Positions 37,963-47,694 are shown, counted from the first letter of the stretch. The stretch is 64,000 nt of DNA from an uncultured Gammaproteobacteria bacterium (GCA_964406775.1 CAYOSW010000004.1:7392-71391); one strand, 5' to 3'. Numbers and translations are program-made. The notes: generated by a model from the letters alone, not told the origin.

Positions 37963-39705
37963 ATGATTCTACTAATAATTTTCGCATTTCTGGCAGGAAT
38001 CGTCACAATTCTTTCGCCCTGCATTCTGCCGATACTTCCGATAATTTTATCCTCGGGCTTCGGTACAGTCCAAACAGGAAAGGGAAGGCCTCTTGGCGTT
38101 ATCACCGGCTTCATTTTAAGTTTTACTTTTTTCACCCTATTTCTCTCAACAATAGTCGGCGCTATCGGAATCCCGGCAGATTATTTAAGACTTTTTTCCG
38201 TTGCAGTAATTGCTCTTTTTGGAGTATCTATGCTTATCCCGAAATTCCAAATATTTTTAGAAATTTTGTTCTCAAAACTGTCGCAATTTTTACCCCAATC
38301 CCAAAATAGTACCGGCTTCGGCGGAGGAATAATAATCGGACTATCTCTCGGACTATTATGGACTCCTTGTGTGGGACCTATACTTGCATCAGTAATTTCT
38401 CTGGCCATTACGGGCGCTGTGACACTTGATGCATTCTTCATTACTTTAGCGTATTCCTTGGGAACTGCAATCCCGATGTTCTTTATAATGATTGCCGGCC
38501 AAACTGCTCTGCGTAGAGCTCCCTGGCTTTTAAATAACGCCTCAAAAATTCAACAGGGTTTCGGAATTCTAATGATACTTACGGCAATAGCCATTTTCTT
38601 TAATTTTGACCGCAATTTTCAAACATTCATCCTCAATACTTTTCCCAATTACGGAACCGGTTTGACAAAATTTGAAGATAATCCCCAAATTCAAAACGCT
38701 TTACAGAAGCTGTCGGGGGAAACAGTAGAGGAAGAGAATGTCGGGAAAGCTATGTTCGACCTGGCTCCAAAAGGAGATCCGGCTCCGGAGATTATTCCCG
38801 GCGGAGAGTGGTTTAACAGCCCCCCCTTAACTATGAAGAGCTTGCGGGGGAAAGTTGTTTTAATAGATTTTTGGACATACTCCTGTATCAATTGCCAGCG
38901 GACTTTGCCCTATTTAAAATCTTGGTGGGAAAAGTACAAGGATAAAGGATTGGTAATTATCGGTGTTCATTCCCCTGAATTTGAATTTGAAAAAAATCCC
39001 AAAAATGTTGAAAAAGCTATCGCCGATTTTGGGTTAACTTATCCGGTAGTGCAAGACAATGATTTCTCCACTTGGCGCGCCTATAAAAACCGTTTCTGGC
39101 CGGCTAAATATTTAATAGACAAAGATGGCAATATTAGGTATACCCACTTTGGAGAAGGAGCTTATGATGAGACTGAAAAAGTTATTCAGGAACTCTTAGC
39201 AGAGACAGGTTCTGATGTCACTCAAACCCAAATTAGTAATCCAACATATGAAAATTATGCTAAAACTCCTGAACTCTATCTTGGGTATTGGAGGATTGAA
39301 GCTTTATCGTCACCTGAATTTATCGTCAAAGATGCCGGCGCTTTGTATACCTCTTCTCTTACTCCGCCTGCTAACAAATTTGGGTTATCAGGTGAGTGGG
39401 ATGTTATGGAGCAATACTCTAATCCAAAAAAAGATTCGTTATTGTTTTTGAATTTTGACGCTAAAGAAGTTTTTTTAGTTATGCGGTCAAAGGATGGAAA
39501 AACCGCTGGCAAAGTCAAAATATATTTGGATAACAAACCTGTTTCCGAAGCCGATTCAGCTGGAGTTGATGTTAAAGACAGCGTTGTTACAGTAACCGGC
39601 GACACTCTCTATAAATTAATCAATCTCCCCACCCCCGGCCGTCATATTTTAAAACTGGAATTTTTGGATAGTAACACTGAAGTTTATGCTTTTACTTTTG
39701 GCTAG
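37963..39705 (+). CDS. dipZ: DipZ-like CcdA-thioredoxin-C-terminal domain fusion; start likely ATG 37963
   Basis: LSPCILP, WTPCVGP, DFWTYSCINC, HSPEF, HFGEG, YAFTFG. Confidence 0.92.
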   Translation: MILLIIFAFLAGIVTILSPCILPILPIILSSGFGTVQTGKGRPLGVITGFILSFTFFTLFLSTIVGAIGIPADYLRLFSVAVIALFGVSMLIPKFQIFLEILFSKLSQFLPQSQNSTGFGGGIIIGLSLGLLWTPCVGPILASVISLAITGAVTLDAFFITLAYSLGTAIPMFFIMIAGQTALRRAPWLLNNASKIQQGFGILMILTAIAIFFNFDRNFQTFILNTFPNYGTGLTKFEDNPQIQNALQKLSGETVEEENVGKAMFDLAPKGDPAPEIIPGGEWFNSPPLTMKSLRGKVVLIDFWTYSCINCQRTLPYLKSWWEKYKDKGLVIIGVHSPEFEFEKNPKNVEKAIADFGLTYPVVQDNDFSTWRAYKNRFWPAKYLIDKDGNIRYTHFGEGAYDETEKVIQELLAETGSDVTQTQISNPTYENYAKTPELYLGYWRIEALSSPEFIVKDAGALYTSSLTPPANKFGLSGEWDVMEQYSNPKKDSLLFLNFDAKEVFLVMRSKDGKTAGKVKIYLDNKPVSEADSAGVDVKDSVVTVTGDTLYKLINLPTPGRHILKLEFLDSNTEVYAFTFG

Positions 39706-39714
39706 CTCGCCCCT

Positions 39715-39746
39715 TTTCAGCTATTTTTAAGCATCCGGAGTATAAT
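39715..39746 (+). promoter_or_regulatory. OmpR-type direct repeat TTTCAG-N5-TTTAAG, 9 nt before TATAAT (autoregulatory)
   Basis: Same motif occurs at three other nearby promoters. Confidence 0.7.
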
Positions 39747-39755
39747 TCATAGCTA

Positions 39756-40415
39756 ATGAGAATTCTTGTTGTGGAGGATGAACATAAAATCGCTACGTCC
39801 TTAAAAAAAGGTTTGGAACAGGAAAGTTACGCTGTTGACCTGGCTTTTACAGGTACTGAAGGATACGACTTAGCAGCAAGCGAAAATTACGATTTAATAA
39901 TTCTGGATGTCATGCTTCCGGGAATTTCCGGAATAGAAATTTGTGCAAAATTGCGGGGAGCAAATATTCACACGCCGATACTAATGCTGACCGCCCGGGG
40001 ACAAACAGGCGATAAAGTCCAGGGACTTAATTCAGGGGCTGACGATTATTTAACTAAGCCTTTTGCTTTTGAGGAATTGCTTGCAAGAATTAAAGCACTC
40101 TCCAGAAGACCTACAAAAACTACCGGATCGGTCTATAACGTAGCGGATTTAAAATTGGACACTATTACTTATGACGTAAAGCGTGGGGATAAAAAAATTA
40201 ACCTGTCTTCAAAAGAATTTTCTCTTTTGGAATATCTGATGCGCAATAAAAATACGGTTATAAGTAAGGATCAAATCATTGAACACGTTTGGGATTACGA
40301 TTCGGATATTTTACCTAATACGGTTGAGGTATTTGTCGGATATTTACGGAATAAGCTCGGAAAACCGGATTTAATTACAACGGTAAGAGGGTTTGGATAT
40401 AAGATAGAGGGATAA
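39756..40415 (+). CDS. OmpR/PhoB-family response regulator
   Basis: VVEDE, LDVMLP, GADDYLTKPF, winged helix TVRGFGY. Confidence 0.96.
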   Translation: MRILVVEDEHKIATSLKKGLEQESYAVDLAFTGTEGYDLAASENYDLIILDVMLPGISGIEICAKLRGANIHTPILMLTARGQTGDKVQGLNSGADDYLTKPFAFEELLARIKALSRRPTKTTGSVYNVADLKLDTITYDVKRGDKKINLSSKEFSLLEYLMRNKNTVISKDQIIEHVWDYDSDILPNTVEVFVGYLRNKLGKPDLITTVRGFGYKIEG

Positions 40416-40416
40416 T

Positions 40417-41448
40417 ATGTTTGACAGGGCAAGACTTAAACTTACCGGATTTTATTTACTGATTATTATGTTAATCAGTATCTCTTTCAGCTTTTTCATT
40501 TACAGATTTTTAACATCTGAAATAAACCGCGCGTTGAATATGGAAAAACTTCACCAGATGGGAGTTTATTACCCCGCAAAGAGATTTATTTTTTTTAACG
40601 ACAATGACACCGTTACAAAAGGAATTGTAATCACTCCCCCGAGCACAGAGATACTCGAGGAAGCAAAACAAAGAATTCTCTATATCCTGATTGCTGTTAA
40701 TCTGGGAATTTTCTGTTTGTCCGGAGCAGCCGGATATTTCCTTGCCGGAAGAACTTTAAGACCGATCAAACAAATGGTTGATGAGCAGAACCGTTTTATT
40801 ACCGACGCTTCCCACGAGCTCCGAACTCCTCTTACATCTTTAAAATCGGAGATCGAAGTAAATTTAAGGGACAAAAAATTAACTCTTTCAGACGCCAGAA
40901 AAATTCTGGAAAGCAATCTTGAGGAAGTTAATAATCTTCAATATTTATCCGACAATCTAATTAAACTCGCTCAAACTCGTAAACCGAACGGATTACAGCT
41001 CAGTAGAGTGTTTGTTCTAAATATCGCAAAATTAAGTATAAAGAAGGTTGAGAAGTTGGCTGCAAAAAAGAAAATAGATATAAAAAGTGATATTGACGAT
41101 ATAGTTCTTAAAGGAGATCCTCAAAGCCTAACCGAATTATTCGTTATCTTTTTAGATAATGCAATAAAATATTCACCTGAAAAATCTCAAATAGACTTTA
41201 ATGTAAAAAGATCGCGCGGCAATGCCGTTATCGAAATTATTGACCGTGGAATTGGCATAGAAGAAAAAGATATGCCATTGCTTTTTGAAAGATTTTACCG
41301 GGCAGACCAGGCACGAAGTAAGGACGGATTCGGACTCGGACTCTCTATTGCAAAAGATATAGTCGATAAACACGACGGATCTATTGAGGTAAAGAGCAAA
41401 ATTAATAGAGGAACAACTTTTAAAATCAAACTGCCTCTAAAACACTGA
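40417..41448 (+). CDS. Sensor histidine kinase
   Basis: 2 TM, DASHELRTPL, DNAIKY, DRGIG, GFGLGL. Confidence 0.96.
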   Translation: MFDRARLKLTGFYLLIIMLISISFSFFIYRFLTSEINRALNMEKLHQMGVYYPAKRFIFFNDNDTVTKGIVITPPSTEILEEAKQRILYILIAVNLGIFCLSGAAGYFLAGRTLRPIKQMVDEQNRFITDASHELRTPLTSLKSEIEVNLRDKKLTLSDARKILESNLEEVNNLQYLSDNLIKLAQTRKPNGLQLSRVFVLNIAKLSIKKVEKLAAKKKIDIKSDIDDIVLKGDPQSLTELFVIFLDNAIKYSPEKSQIDFNVKRSRGNAVIEIIDRGIGIEEKDMPLLFERFYRADQARSKDGFGLGLSIAKDIVDKHDGSIEVKSKINRGTTFKIKLPLKH

Positions 41449-41452
41449 TAGT

Positions 41453-41485
41453 CTTAAGCTTTCCTTCAGATTAAATTGATAAATT
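41453..41485 (+). promoter_or_regulatory. Direct repeat CTTAAG-N5-CTTCAG, 10 nt before TAAATT
   Basis: Member of the four-site motif set. Confidence 0.65.
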
Positions 41486-41510
41486 ATCTTTAAAGATTGG
41501 GGGTGATTAA

Positions 41511-41996
41511 ATGTTTAAGAAAAAAGTGTTTTTTCCTATTTTAGCTTTGGCGATAATAGGGACAGCAGTTGCCACGAGCGGTTTTGTATCGGCTCAGGAC
41601 ACTAGCGGACCGAATTCTTTAGTCTCGGCAATAGCTCAGAAATTCAATCTTAACGAGTCCGATGTTCAATCGGTTTTCGATGAACAAAGAGCAAAACACC
41701 GGGAAGAAATGAAGGCGAATTTGGAGCAGAAGCTTACAAAAGCAGTTGCAGACGGAAAGATAACAGAAGCTCAGAAAGCGGCAATACTGGCTAAAATTAC
41801 AGCGAATCAGGCTGACAAACCCGATTTCGGAGAGTTTAAAAACTTAACTCCGGAACAGAGGAAAGCCAAGATGGATGAGAAGAGAACCGAGATGGAAAAT
41901 TGGGCTAAAGAAAACGGGCTGACGCTCGATACACTTCACGACCTGATTGGAGGTCCAGGCAGGTTTGGAAAAGGGATGATGTTTAAGCTGCATTAA
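41511..41996 (+). CDS. Secreted helical protein (Spy/CpxP- or YckD-like)
   Basis: Signal peptide, 'AVADGKITEAQ', 'LTPEQR' motifs; SD GGGGTGA. Confidence 0.65.
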   Translation: MFKKKVFFPILALAIIGTAVATSGFVSAQDTSGPNSLVSAIAQKFNLNESDVQSVFDEQRAKHREEMKANLEQKLTKAVADGKITEAQKAAILAKITANQADKPDFGEFKNLTPEQRKAKMDEKRTEMENWAKENGLTLDTLHDLIGGPGRFGKGMMFKLH

Positions 41997-42007
41997 TCTT
42001 TTCTACT

Positions 42008-42040
42008 CAGCTCCCGGCTCGAGACGGGAGCTGTTTTGTT
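42008..42040 (+). terminator. Intrinsic terminator
   Basis: CAGCTCCCG-N8-CGGGAGCTG-TTTTGTT. Confidence 0.85.
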
Positions 42041-42081
42041 GTACAATACCTTTTCACTGCTCAGTATTCTGCTCAAATAAA

Positions 42082-42114
42082 TTTCAGCTTGCTTTCAGTT
42101 TTATAGGATAAATT
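42082..42114 (+). promoter_or_regulatory. Direct repeat TTTCAG-N5-TTTCAG, 10 nt before TAAATT; leaderless
   Basis: Perfect hexamer repeat; -10 ends 6 nt before ATG 42121. Confidence 0.72.
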
Positions 42115-42120
42115 ATATTT

Positions 42121-43395
42121 ATGCCGGATCCGATTTTGGGCAAAGTTAAAAACATATTCAGGAATAGATTAGTCACAGCTATTATTTTGATTGCGCTAAT
42201 CGGCGGAGGCTATTTGGTTTATAAAAACTATTTCGTATCGGAGCAAGAAATTGCATATCAATCGGCAGTGGCTGAAAGAGGTACTTTGGTTTCATCAATT
42301 TCCGCTTCCGGAAAAATCACCCAGGGAAATAGTTTGAATATTACCTCGCAGGCAACGGGGGTTGTCAGTAAACTCTACTTCAAAAACGGCGATACCGTTA
42401 CAAAAGGGCAAACCATCGCCGAAATCACTCCGGATTTAAATTCGGCTCAAAACCAAGCACAAGCTTGGGCTGCTTATGTCAGCACCTCAAACAATTTAAA
42501 AAATTCGGAAAACAATGTCCGCAATACTCAGGCCTCACTTGATAAAACACTGGATGACATACATTTATTCCAATACGGAAACGGCGGATTTGCCAATGTC
42601 GGAACAGGAAACGAAACAATGGAGCAGCGCGAAGCAAGGACTAGCAAAGAAGTTGCCCTAAATAACGCTCAGAATAATTTAATTTCGGCTCAGGCCCAAA
42701 TCGCATCAAGCTGGCTTGCATACCAGCAGGCTTCGACCATCATAACCGCGCCTTTTGACGGCATCGTCAGCGCGATGACAATTTCCGAAGGTTCAACAAT
42801 CACCGCCGGCTCGTCTAACGCAACAACCACCCCGTCGCAAACATTGGGTGCCTTAATTTTGCCTAATGCCCGGCTTCAGGCAAGCGTTAATTTGACTGAG
42901 ATTGACGTAACAAAAGTTAACGCCGGACAAAAAGTAACTCTCACTATGGATGCATTTCCCGGAAAAACTTTCACTGGAAAAGTTTTAAGTATCAACACCA
43001 ACGGATCGGTCTCGTCAGGGGTCACAACATATCCCGCGGTTATCGAATTTGACACCGAAGCCCAAGGCGTTTACCCCAATATGGCGGTTAGCGCGACAAT
43101 TATTACTGCGGTTAAAGATAACGTAATTTTAGTTCCAAGCGCGGCCGTTACCAAATCCGGAGATCAATCTTCGGTCAAAGTTTTAAAAAGCGGACAGCCT
43201 GAAACCGTCAATGTCGAAACAGGAGATACAAACGATACTCAAACCGAAATAGTTTCAGGCGTTAACGATGGCGATGAAATTATAACCGGCTCAACAGGAA
43301 CTACCTCAACGACTTCAAATTCAACCTCCCCGTTTGGCGGATTAGGAGGAAGAACAGGGGGAGGAGCGGGGCGCGCGGTCTTTATTGGCAGATGA
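42121..43395 (+). CDS. MacA-like periplasmic adaptor (membrane fusion) subunit
   Basis: N-terminal TM, lipoyl halves (GDTVTKGQ, APFDG), coiled hairpin, VPSAAV. Confidence 0.9.
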   Translation: MPDPILGKVKNIFRNRLVTAIILIALIGGGYLVYKNYFVSEQEIAYQSAVAERGTLVSSISASGKITQGNSLNITSQATGVVSKLYFKNGDTVTKGQTIAEITPDLNSAQNQAQAWAAYVSTSNNLKNSENNVRNTQASLDKTLDDIHLFQYGNGGFANVGTGNETMEQREARTSKEVALNNAQNNLISAQAQIASSWLAYQQASTIITAPFDGIVSAMTISEGSTITAGSSNATTTPSQTLGALILPNARLQASVNLTEIDVTKVNAGQKVTLTMDAFPGKTFTGKVLSINTNGSVSSGVTTYPAVIEFDTEAQGVYPNMAVSATIITAVKDNVILVPSAAVTKSGDQSSVKVLKSGQPETVNVETGDTNDTQTEIVSGVNDGDEIITGSTGTTSTTSNSTSPFGGLGGRTGGGAGRAVFIGR

Positions 43396-43398
43396 TAT

Positions 43399-44103
43399 AT
43401 GATTCAGCTCAAAAACATATCCAAGATTTACCAAACAGGCAGTGTTGAAGTAAAAGCGCTGGATAATATCTCTTTTGAAATAAAAAAAGGCGAATTTGTT
43501 GCAATAATGGGTCCTTCGGGATCGGGAAAATCGACATTAATGCATATCTTAGGCGCTCTTGACTCCCCCACTTCCGGAGAATATTTTCTGGATGGCGGAA
43601 ATGTCAGCCTCCTAAAAGATGACGAGTTAGCTGAAATCCGCAATAAAAAAATAGGTTTCATTTTCCAAGCTTTTAATCTCCTCCCCCGGCGCTCGGCTTT
43701 GAAAAATGTAATGCTGCCGATGATTTATGCCGGCATCCCCAAAAAAGACCGTGAACAAACAGCCAGAAAATATCTGGAAATGGTCGGGCTTGGCAACAGA
43801 CTCGACAATACTTCTAACCAACTTTCCGGAGGACAGCAGCAAAGGGTAGCAATCGCCCGAGCACTAACTTTAAATCCTTCCATCCTATTGGCAGATGAAC
43901 CGACCGGTAACATTGCCTCAAATCAGGCTCAGGAAATAATGAAAATTTTTGAAGAATTAAATAATCAGGGACATACCGTCGTTATGATCACCCACGAACC
44001 CGATATTGCCGAACACGCCAAAAGAATTATTTTCATCCGCGACGGAAAAATAGAAAAAGATGCAAGTTCTCATAAACGAAAGAGGTCACTTGGAATACAC
44101 TGA
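43399..44103 (+). CDS. ABC transporter ATP-binding protein (MacB/LolD-type)
   Basis: [26 protein letters not shown]. Confidence 0.96.
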   Translation: MIQLKNISKIYQTGSVEVKALDNISFEIKKGEFVAIMGPSGSGKSTLMHILGALDSPTSGEYFLDGGNVSLLKDDELAEIRNKKIGFIFQAFNLLPRRSALKNVMLPMIYAGIPKKDREQTARKYLEMVGLGNRLDNTSNQLSGGQQQRVAIARALTLNPSILLADEPTGNIASNQAQEIMKIFEELNNQGHTVVMITHEPDIAEHAKRIIFIRDGKIEKDASSHKRKRSLGIH

Positions 44104-45313
44104 AATTTTATCGGAGGCCGTCGGGACATTAACAGTTAATAAATTAAGAACCGGGCTAGCAACTCTCGGAATAGTCATCGGTATCGGTTCCGTTATCGCC
44201 TTAATTTCCTTAGGTCAGGCAAGCTCGCAAGCGATCCAATCACAGATCCAATCTTTAGGATCCAATCTTTTAACCGTCCAGCCGGGAGGACAATCGCAAG
44301 GCGCAGTTAGAGGCGCGGCGGGAGGAGGTTCAACTTTAACTTTAGCCGATGCCAACGCAATCAAAACTTCCCCTCAAATTACAACAGTTTCAAACGTTTC
44401 CCCTGAATTTTCCAGCCGCTCTCAAGTAACAACCGGGAGTTCAAACACCAACACCCAAATTATCGGCGTTACTCCCGAATATGCACTAATCAGAAAAACC
44501 GAAATGGAAAGCGGAAATTTTATAACCGAGTCAAATGTTAATTCCTTATCAAAAGTCGCGGTCTTAGGGCCGCAAGTCGTAGCCGATCTTTTCGGTGAAG
44601 GCGCAAATCCTCTCGGTCAAAGCATCAGGATTAATGGCCAGACTCTAACGGTGATTGGCGTAACAACCTCAAAAGGAGGTACCGGATTCCAAAATCAGGA
44701 TGATATTATTTGGGTTCCCCTCTCCACCGCGCAAAAGCAGCTATTCGGTTCGGATTATTTATCATCGATCGCGGTTGAGGCAAAGTCTGCCGACAAGATG
44801 GTCGACGCCCAAAACGAAGTGGGATATTTGCTTTTATCCCGTCATAAAATCGCGGACCCTGCGGACCGGGATTTCTTTATCTTTAATCAGCAGGATTTAT
44901 TAAATACAGTTTCCCAAACCACCGGAACTTTTACAACTCTTCTTGCCGGAGTTGCGGCAATTTCGTTACTAGTCGGCGGAATCGGAATTATGAATATTAT
45001 GCTCGTAACCGTAACAGAAAGAACCCGGGAAATCGGACTCAGAAAAGCTCTCGGCGCCAAGAAAAAAATAATCGTCACCCAATTTTTAGTTGAAGCGATA
45101 ATTTTAACTTTTGCGGGAGGGATAATCGGCGTCGGAGTCGGAATACTTGCCTCTTATTTAATAGCAACTTTTACCGGCTCGCCTTTTGTTGTTTCGATAC
45201 AATCGATCGCTCTTGCCTTCGCCGTTTCTGCAGGGATAGGTATTTTATTCGGCTGGTACCCCGCCCGCCGCGCTGCTAATTTACAACCGATAGAAGCTCT
45301 GAGATACGAGTAG
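44090..45313 (+). CDS. MacB/FtsX-family ABC permease; start probably TTG 44090
   Basis: LGIVIGIGSV, ISLLVGGIGIMNIM..V.ERTREIG.RKA.GA, PIEALRYE. Confidence 0.95.
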   Translation: MEYTEILSEAVGTLTVNKLRTGLATLGIVIGIGSVIALISLGQASSQAIQSQIQSLGSNLLTVQPGGQSQGAVRGAAGGGSTLTLADANAIKTSPQITTVSNVSPEFSSRSQVTTGSSNTNTQIIGVTPEYALIRKTEMESGNFITESNVNSLSKVAVLGPQVVADLFGEGANPLGQSIRINGQTLTVIGVTTSKGGTGFQNQDDIIWVPLSTAQKQLFGSDYLSSIAVEAKSADKMVDAQNEVGYLLLSRHKIADPADRDFFIFNQQDLLNTVSQTTGTFTTLLAGVAAISLLVGGIGIMNIMLVTVTERTREIGLRKALGAKKKIIVTQFLVEAIILTFAGGIIGVGVGILASYLIATFTGSPFVVSIQSIALAFAVSAGIGILFGWYPARRAANLQPIEALRYE

Positions 45314-45314
45314 C

Positions 45315-45776
45315 TTACGTGCGAGAGAAGTTGATTATGTATTTAGTTATAAACTTTACAAGGGCTTGGAATACATTCGCCCTATCAGCCATTTCGGAAT
45401 TAGAAACATCAAATGCAATTTCGTAAAGAACTGTCGGAGGTACGTCTAGCCATTTACCATTAAAACTTAAAAAAACTAACAGTGCCATCACAGCTACCCT
45501 TTTATTCCCATTTTTAAAAGGGTGATTTTTTATTAAAGAAAAGAATAGAATTGCTGCTTGCTCAGCCAACGAAGGGTAAAGAAACTTACCATCAAACATC
45601 TGCTTCGGAGCACCAAGCGAAGACTCTAATAAATTATTATCCCTTGTGGAGTAATCTGGAATGGGTTCTCCGTATGACATTAACTCTCTCGCCATATCGA
45701 AGCAAAGAAATTCGAAATCTTCTGACTCTATCCAATGGAAATTATGTTGCTGCAAGTCTTCTGAAAGTTTCTGCAT
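45315..45776 (-). CDS. doc: Doc/Fic-family toxin
   Basis: HPFKNGNKR Doc-type motif, 'LLESSL..P'. Confidence 0.9.
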   Translation of the reverse strand: MQKLSEDLQQHNFHWIESEDFEFLCFDMARELMSYGEPIPDYSTRDNNLLESSLGAPKQMFDGKFLYPSLAEQAAILFFSLIKNHPFKNGNKRVAVMALLVFLSFNGKWLDVPPTVLYEIAFDVSNSEMADRANVFQALVKFITKYIINFSRT

Positions 45777-45867
45777 ATTGTTTTATTCCGCGCTTAACAG
45801 CCTTTTTTATTATTCTAGCTTTTACTGGATTTTTAGTTTCGTACTGTTTATTTGTTGTCTTGTTCAT
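45742..45867 (-). CDS. Putative 41-aa antitoxin for Doc (not in the ORF track)
   Basis: MNKTTNKQYETKNPVKARIIKKAVKRGIKQYAETFRRLAAT; overlaps the doc start; C-terminal helix resembles Doc-neutralising tails. Confidence 0.65.
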   Translation of the reverse strand: MNKTTNKQYETKNPVKARIIKKAVKRGIKQYAETFRRLAAT

Positions 45868-45902
45868 ACCCTTTATGATAACACATTATTGATAAGTTAT
45901 CT

Positions 45903-45936
45903 TTTAAGCATTTTCTCAGATTCCTACCTATATAAT
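45903..45936 (+). promoter_or_regulatory. Direct repeat TTTAAG-N5-TCTCAG, 11 nt before TATAAT
   Basis: Member of the four-site motif set. Confidence 0.6.
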
Positions 45937-45945
45937 ATGTTGAAG

Positions 45946-46407
45946 ATGAAAAAAGAAATTTTATATCCGGTTATTACTGCCGTTATTGTCGGTGCCGTCG
46001 CTTTTTATGGCGGGATGCATTACCAGCAATCAAAAAGAGCTGCCTTTTTTGCGGACGGAAAAGGCAACTTTAACTTCCAGGGGCAGGGTGGACGGATGAT
46101 GGGCGGGAACGGCAGCGGACAGGGCCGCGGAGGTATGATGGGATCCCGCCCAACCGTCGGAGAGGTAATTTCTTCGGATGATAAATCAATCACAGTCAAA
46201 TTAGATGACGGTTCAACTAAAATCGTTTTAATTTCGGAGAGTACAACGATTAATAAAACCGATCCCGGTTCAAAAGCTGATCTGAAAGAGGGAACTAAAG
46301 TTGCGGTTTTCGGTACCGACAATAACGGCACGGTTACCGCCCAAAGCATCCAACTCAATCCGCAAATCCGCACTTTCCAAAGCTCCCCCAGCGCTTCGCC
46401 CAAATAA
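45946..46407 (+). CDS. Membrane-anchored DUF5666-like (OB-fold) protein; start ATG 45946
   Basis: TM, Gly-rich linker, 'GEVIS.DDKSITVKL.DGSTKIV', 'DLKEG.KV.V.G'. Confidence 0.75.
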   Translation: MKKEILYPVITAVIVGAVAFYGGMHYQQSKRAAFFADGKGNFNFQGQGGRMMGGNGSGQGRGGMMGSRPTVGEVISSDDKSITVKLDDGSTKIVLISESTTINKTDPGSKADLKEGTKVAVFGTDNNGTVTAQSIQLNPQIRTFQSSPSASPK

Positions 46408-46435
46408 TTAATTCCTCTACGGTGTTAAAATTAGA

Positions 46436-47620
46436 ATGATGAGACTTCTTCTTGTTGTAATTATCGTTTCGCTTTTGATAGTTGCCGGTGCAATTCATTA
46501 TTTTTACCCGACTCTTTACGGAATAATTCCCGATAAATCCGCAGATATTCCTAAACTGAATCTTCTCCCCAGCCCGGCCCCAACAGGCGGAGATGAAAAC
46601 GGAATCCCGGATGCCGATATTCCCGCAGAAACTATAGTTACTGAAGGACTCGACACTCCCTGGGCAATTGCTTTTTTACCCACCGGGGATATGTTGGTTA
46701 CGGAAAGAAAAGGAACTATCCGGTTAGTTACTAAAAACGGACAGCTAGGGGAAGATCCCGTCTCAACGATTGGAAGTGTAAAAGAAATCGGGGAAGGCGG
46801 ACTTTTAGGAATTGCGCTACATCCGGATTTTGAAAAAAATAATTATGTCTATCTCTACTACACTTTTTCCGCCGAAGGAGACAGCACTAAAAACAGGGTA
46901 GTCAGAATGAAGTATGACAATGGGAAATTAATTAATGAGGAAATAATTCTCGACAAAATCCCCGGAGCCTCTAATCACAACGGCGGAAGAATCAAATTCG
47001 GACCCGATAACTTCCTATATATAACAACCGGTGATGCTCAGGAACCATCTCAAGCTCAGGATAAAAATTCTCTTGCCGGAAAAATCTTAAGGGTGACTCC
47101 GGAAGGAAAACCCGCTCCGGACAATCCTTTTAATAACGAGGTCTATTCCTACGGTCACAGAAACCCGCAGGGAATTGCCTGGGGAAAATCCGGAATAATG
47201 TATGAAACGGAACACGGCCCATCAGGCGGGAGTTTGGGAACCGGTAACGACGAAGTCAATGTAATTAGACCGGGTGATAATTACGGCTGGCCCGTTATTC
47301 AGGGAGATCAGACTAAAGAAGGAATGGTTACACCGAGTAATAATTCTACTCCGTCAGTTGCCTGGGCTCCCGGTGGACTGGCTGTTATCGATAATAAACT
47401 ATACTTCGGAGGTTTACGCGGGCAAGCCTTATATTTGCAGTACCCTGAGGACGAAAGCTTAATTTTTAAAGAGTATTTTAAGGGAAAGTACGGAAGGATC
47501 AGAGAAGTTATTCTCGGACCGGACAATATGCTTTATATAGCCACAAGCAACCGCGACGGAAGAGGAATGCCCAATAAAACCGATGACCGGATAATTAGAA
47601 TCAATCCTTCAAAGCTCTGA
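46436..47620 (+). CDS. PQQ-dependent soluble aldose/sorbosone dehydrogenase family
   Basis: PWAIAFLP, GEGGLLGIALHPDF, HNGGRI, YGHRNPQG, NYGWP, GRIR. Confidence 0.92.
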   Translation: MMRLLLVVIIVSLLIVAGAIHYFYPTLYGIIPDKSADIPKLNLLPSPAPTGGDENGIPDADIPAETIVTEGLDTPWAIAFLPTGDMLVTERKGTIRLVTKNGQLGEDPVSTIGSVKEIGEGGLLGIALHPDFEKNNYVYLYYTFSAEGDSTKNRVVRMKYDNGKLINEEIILDKIPGASNHNGGRIKFGPDNFLYITTGDAQEPSQAQDKNSLAGKILRVTPEGKPAPDNPFNNEVYSYGHRNPQGIAWGKSGIMYETEHGPSGGSLGTGNDEVNVIRPGDNYGWPVIQGDQTKEGMVTPSNNSTPSVAWAPGGLAVIDNKLYFGGLRGQALYLQYPEDESLIFKEYFKGKYGRIREVILGPDNMLYIATSNRDGRGMPNKTDDRIIRINPSKL

Positions 47621-47694
47621 GACCTTGACCTATATTGATATATTTTTAGATTATTGACGGCTTACGTATTCCCCGTAGTATAAAACTATTATCA

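Noticed and set aside
45551-45945. Plus-strand ORF 45551-45892 and the N-terminal extension of 45661-46407
   Set aside because: Antisense to doc and its antitoxin; promoter elements point to ATG 45946
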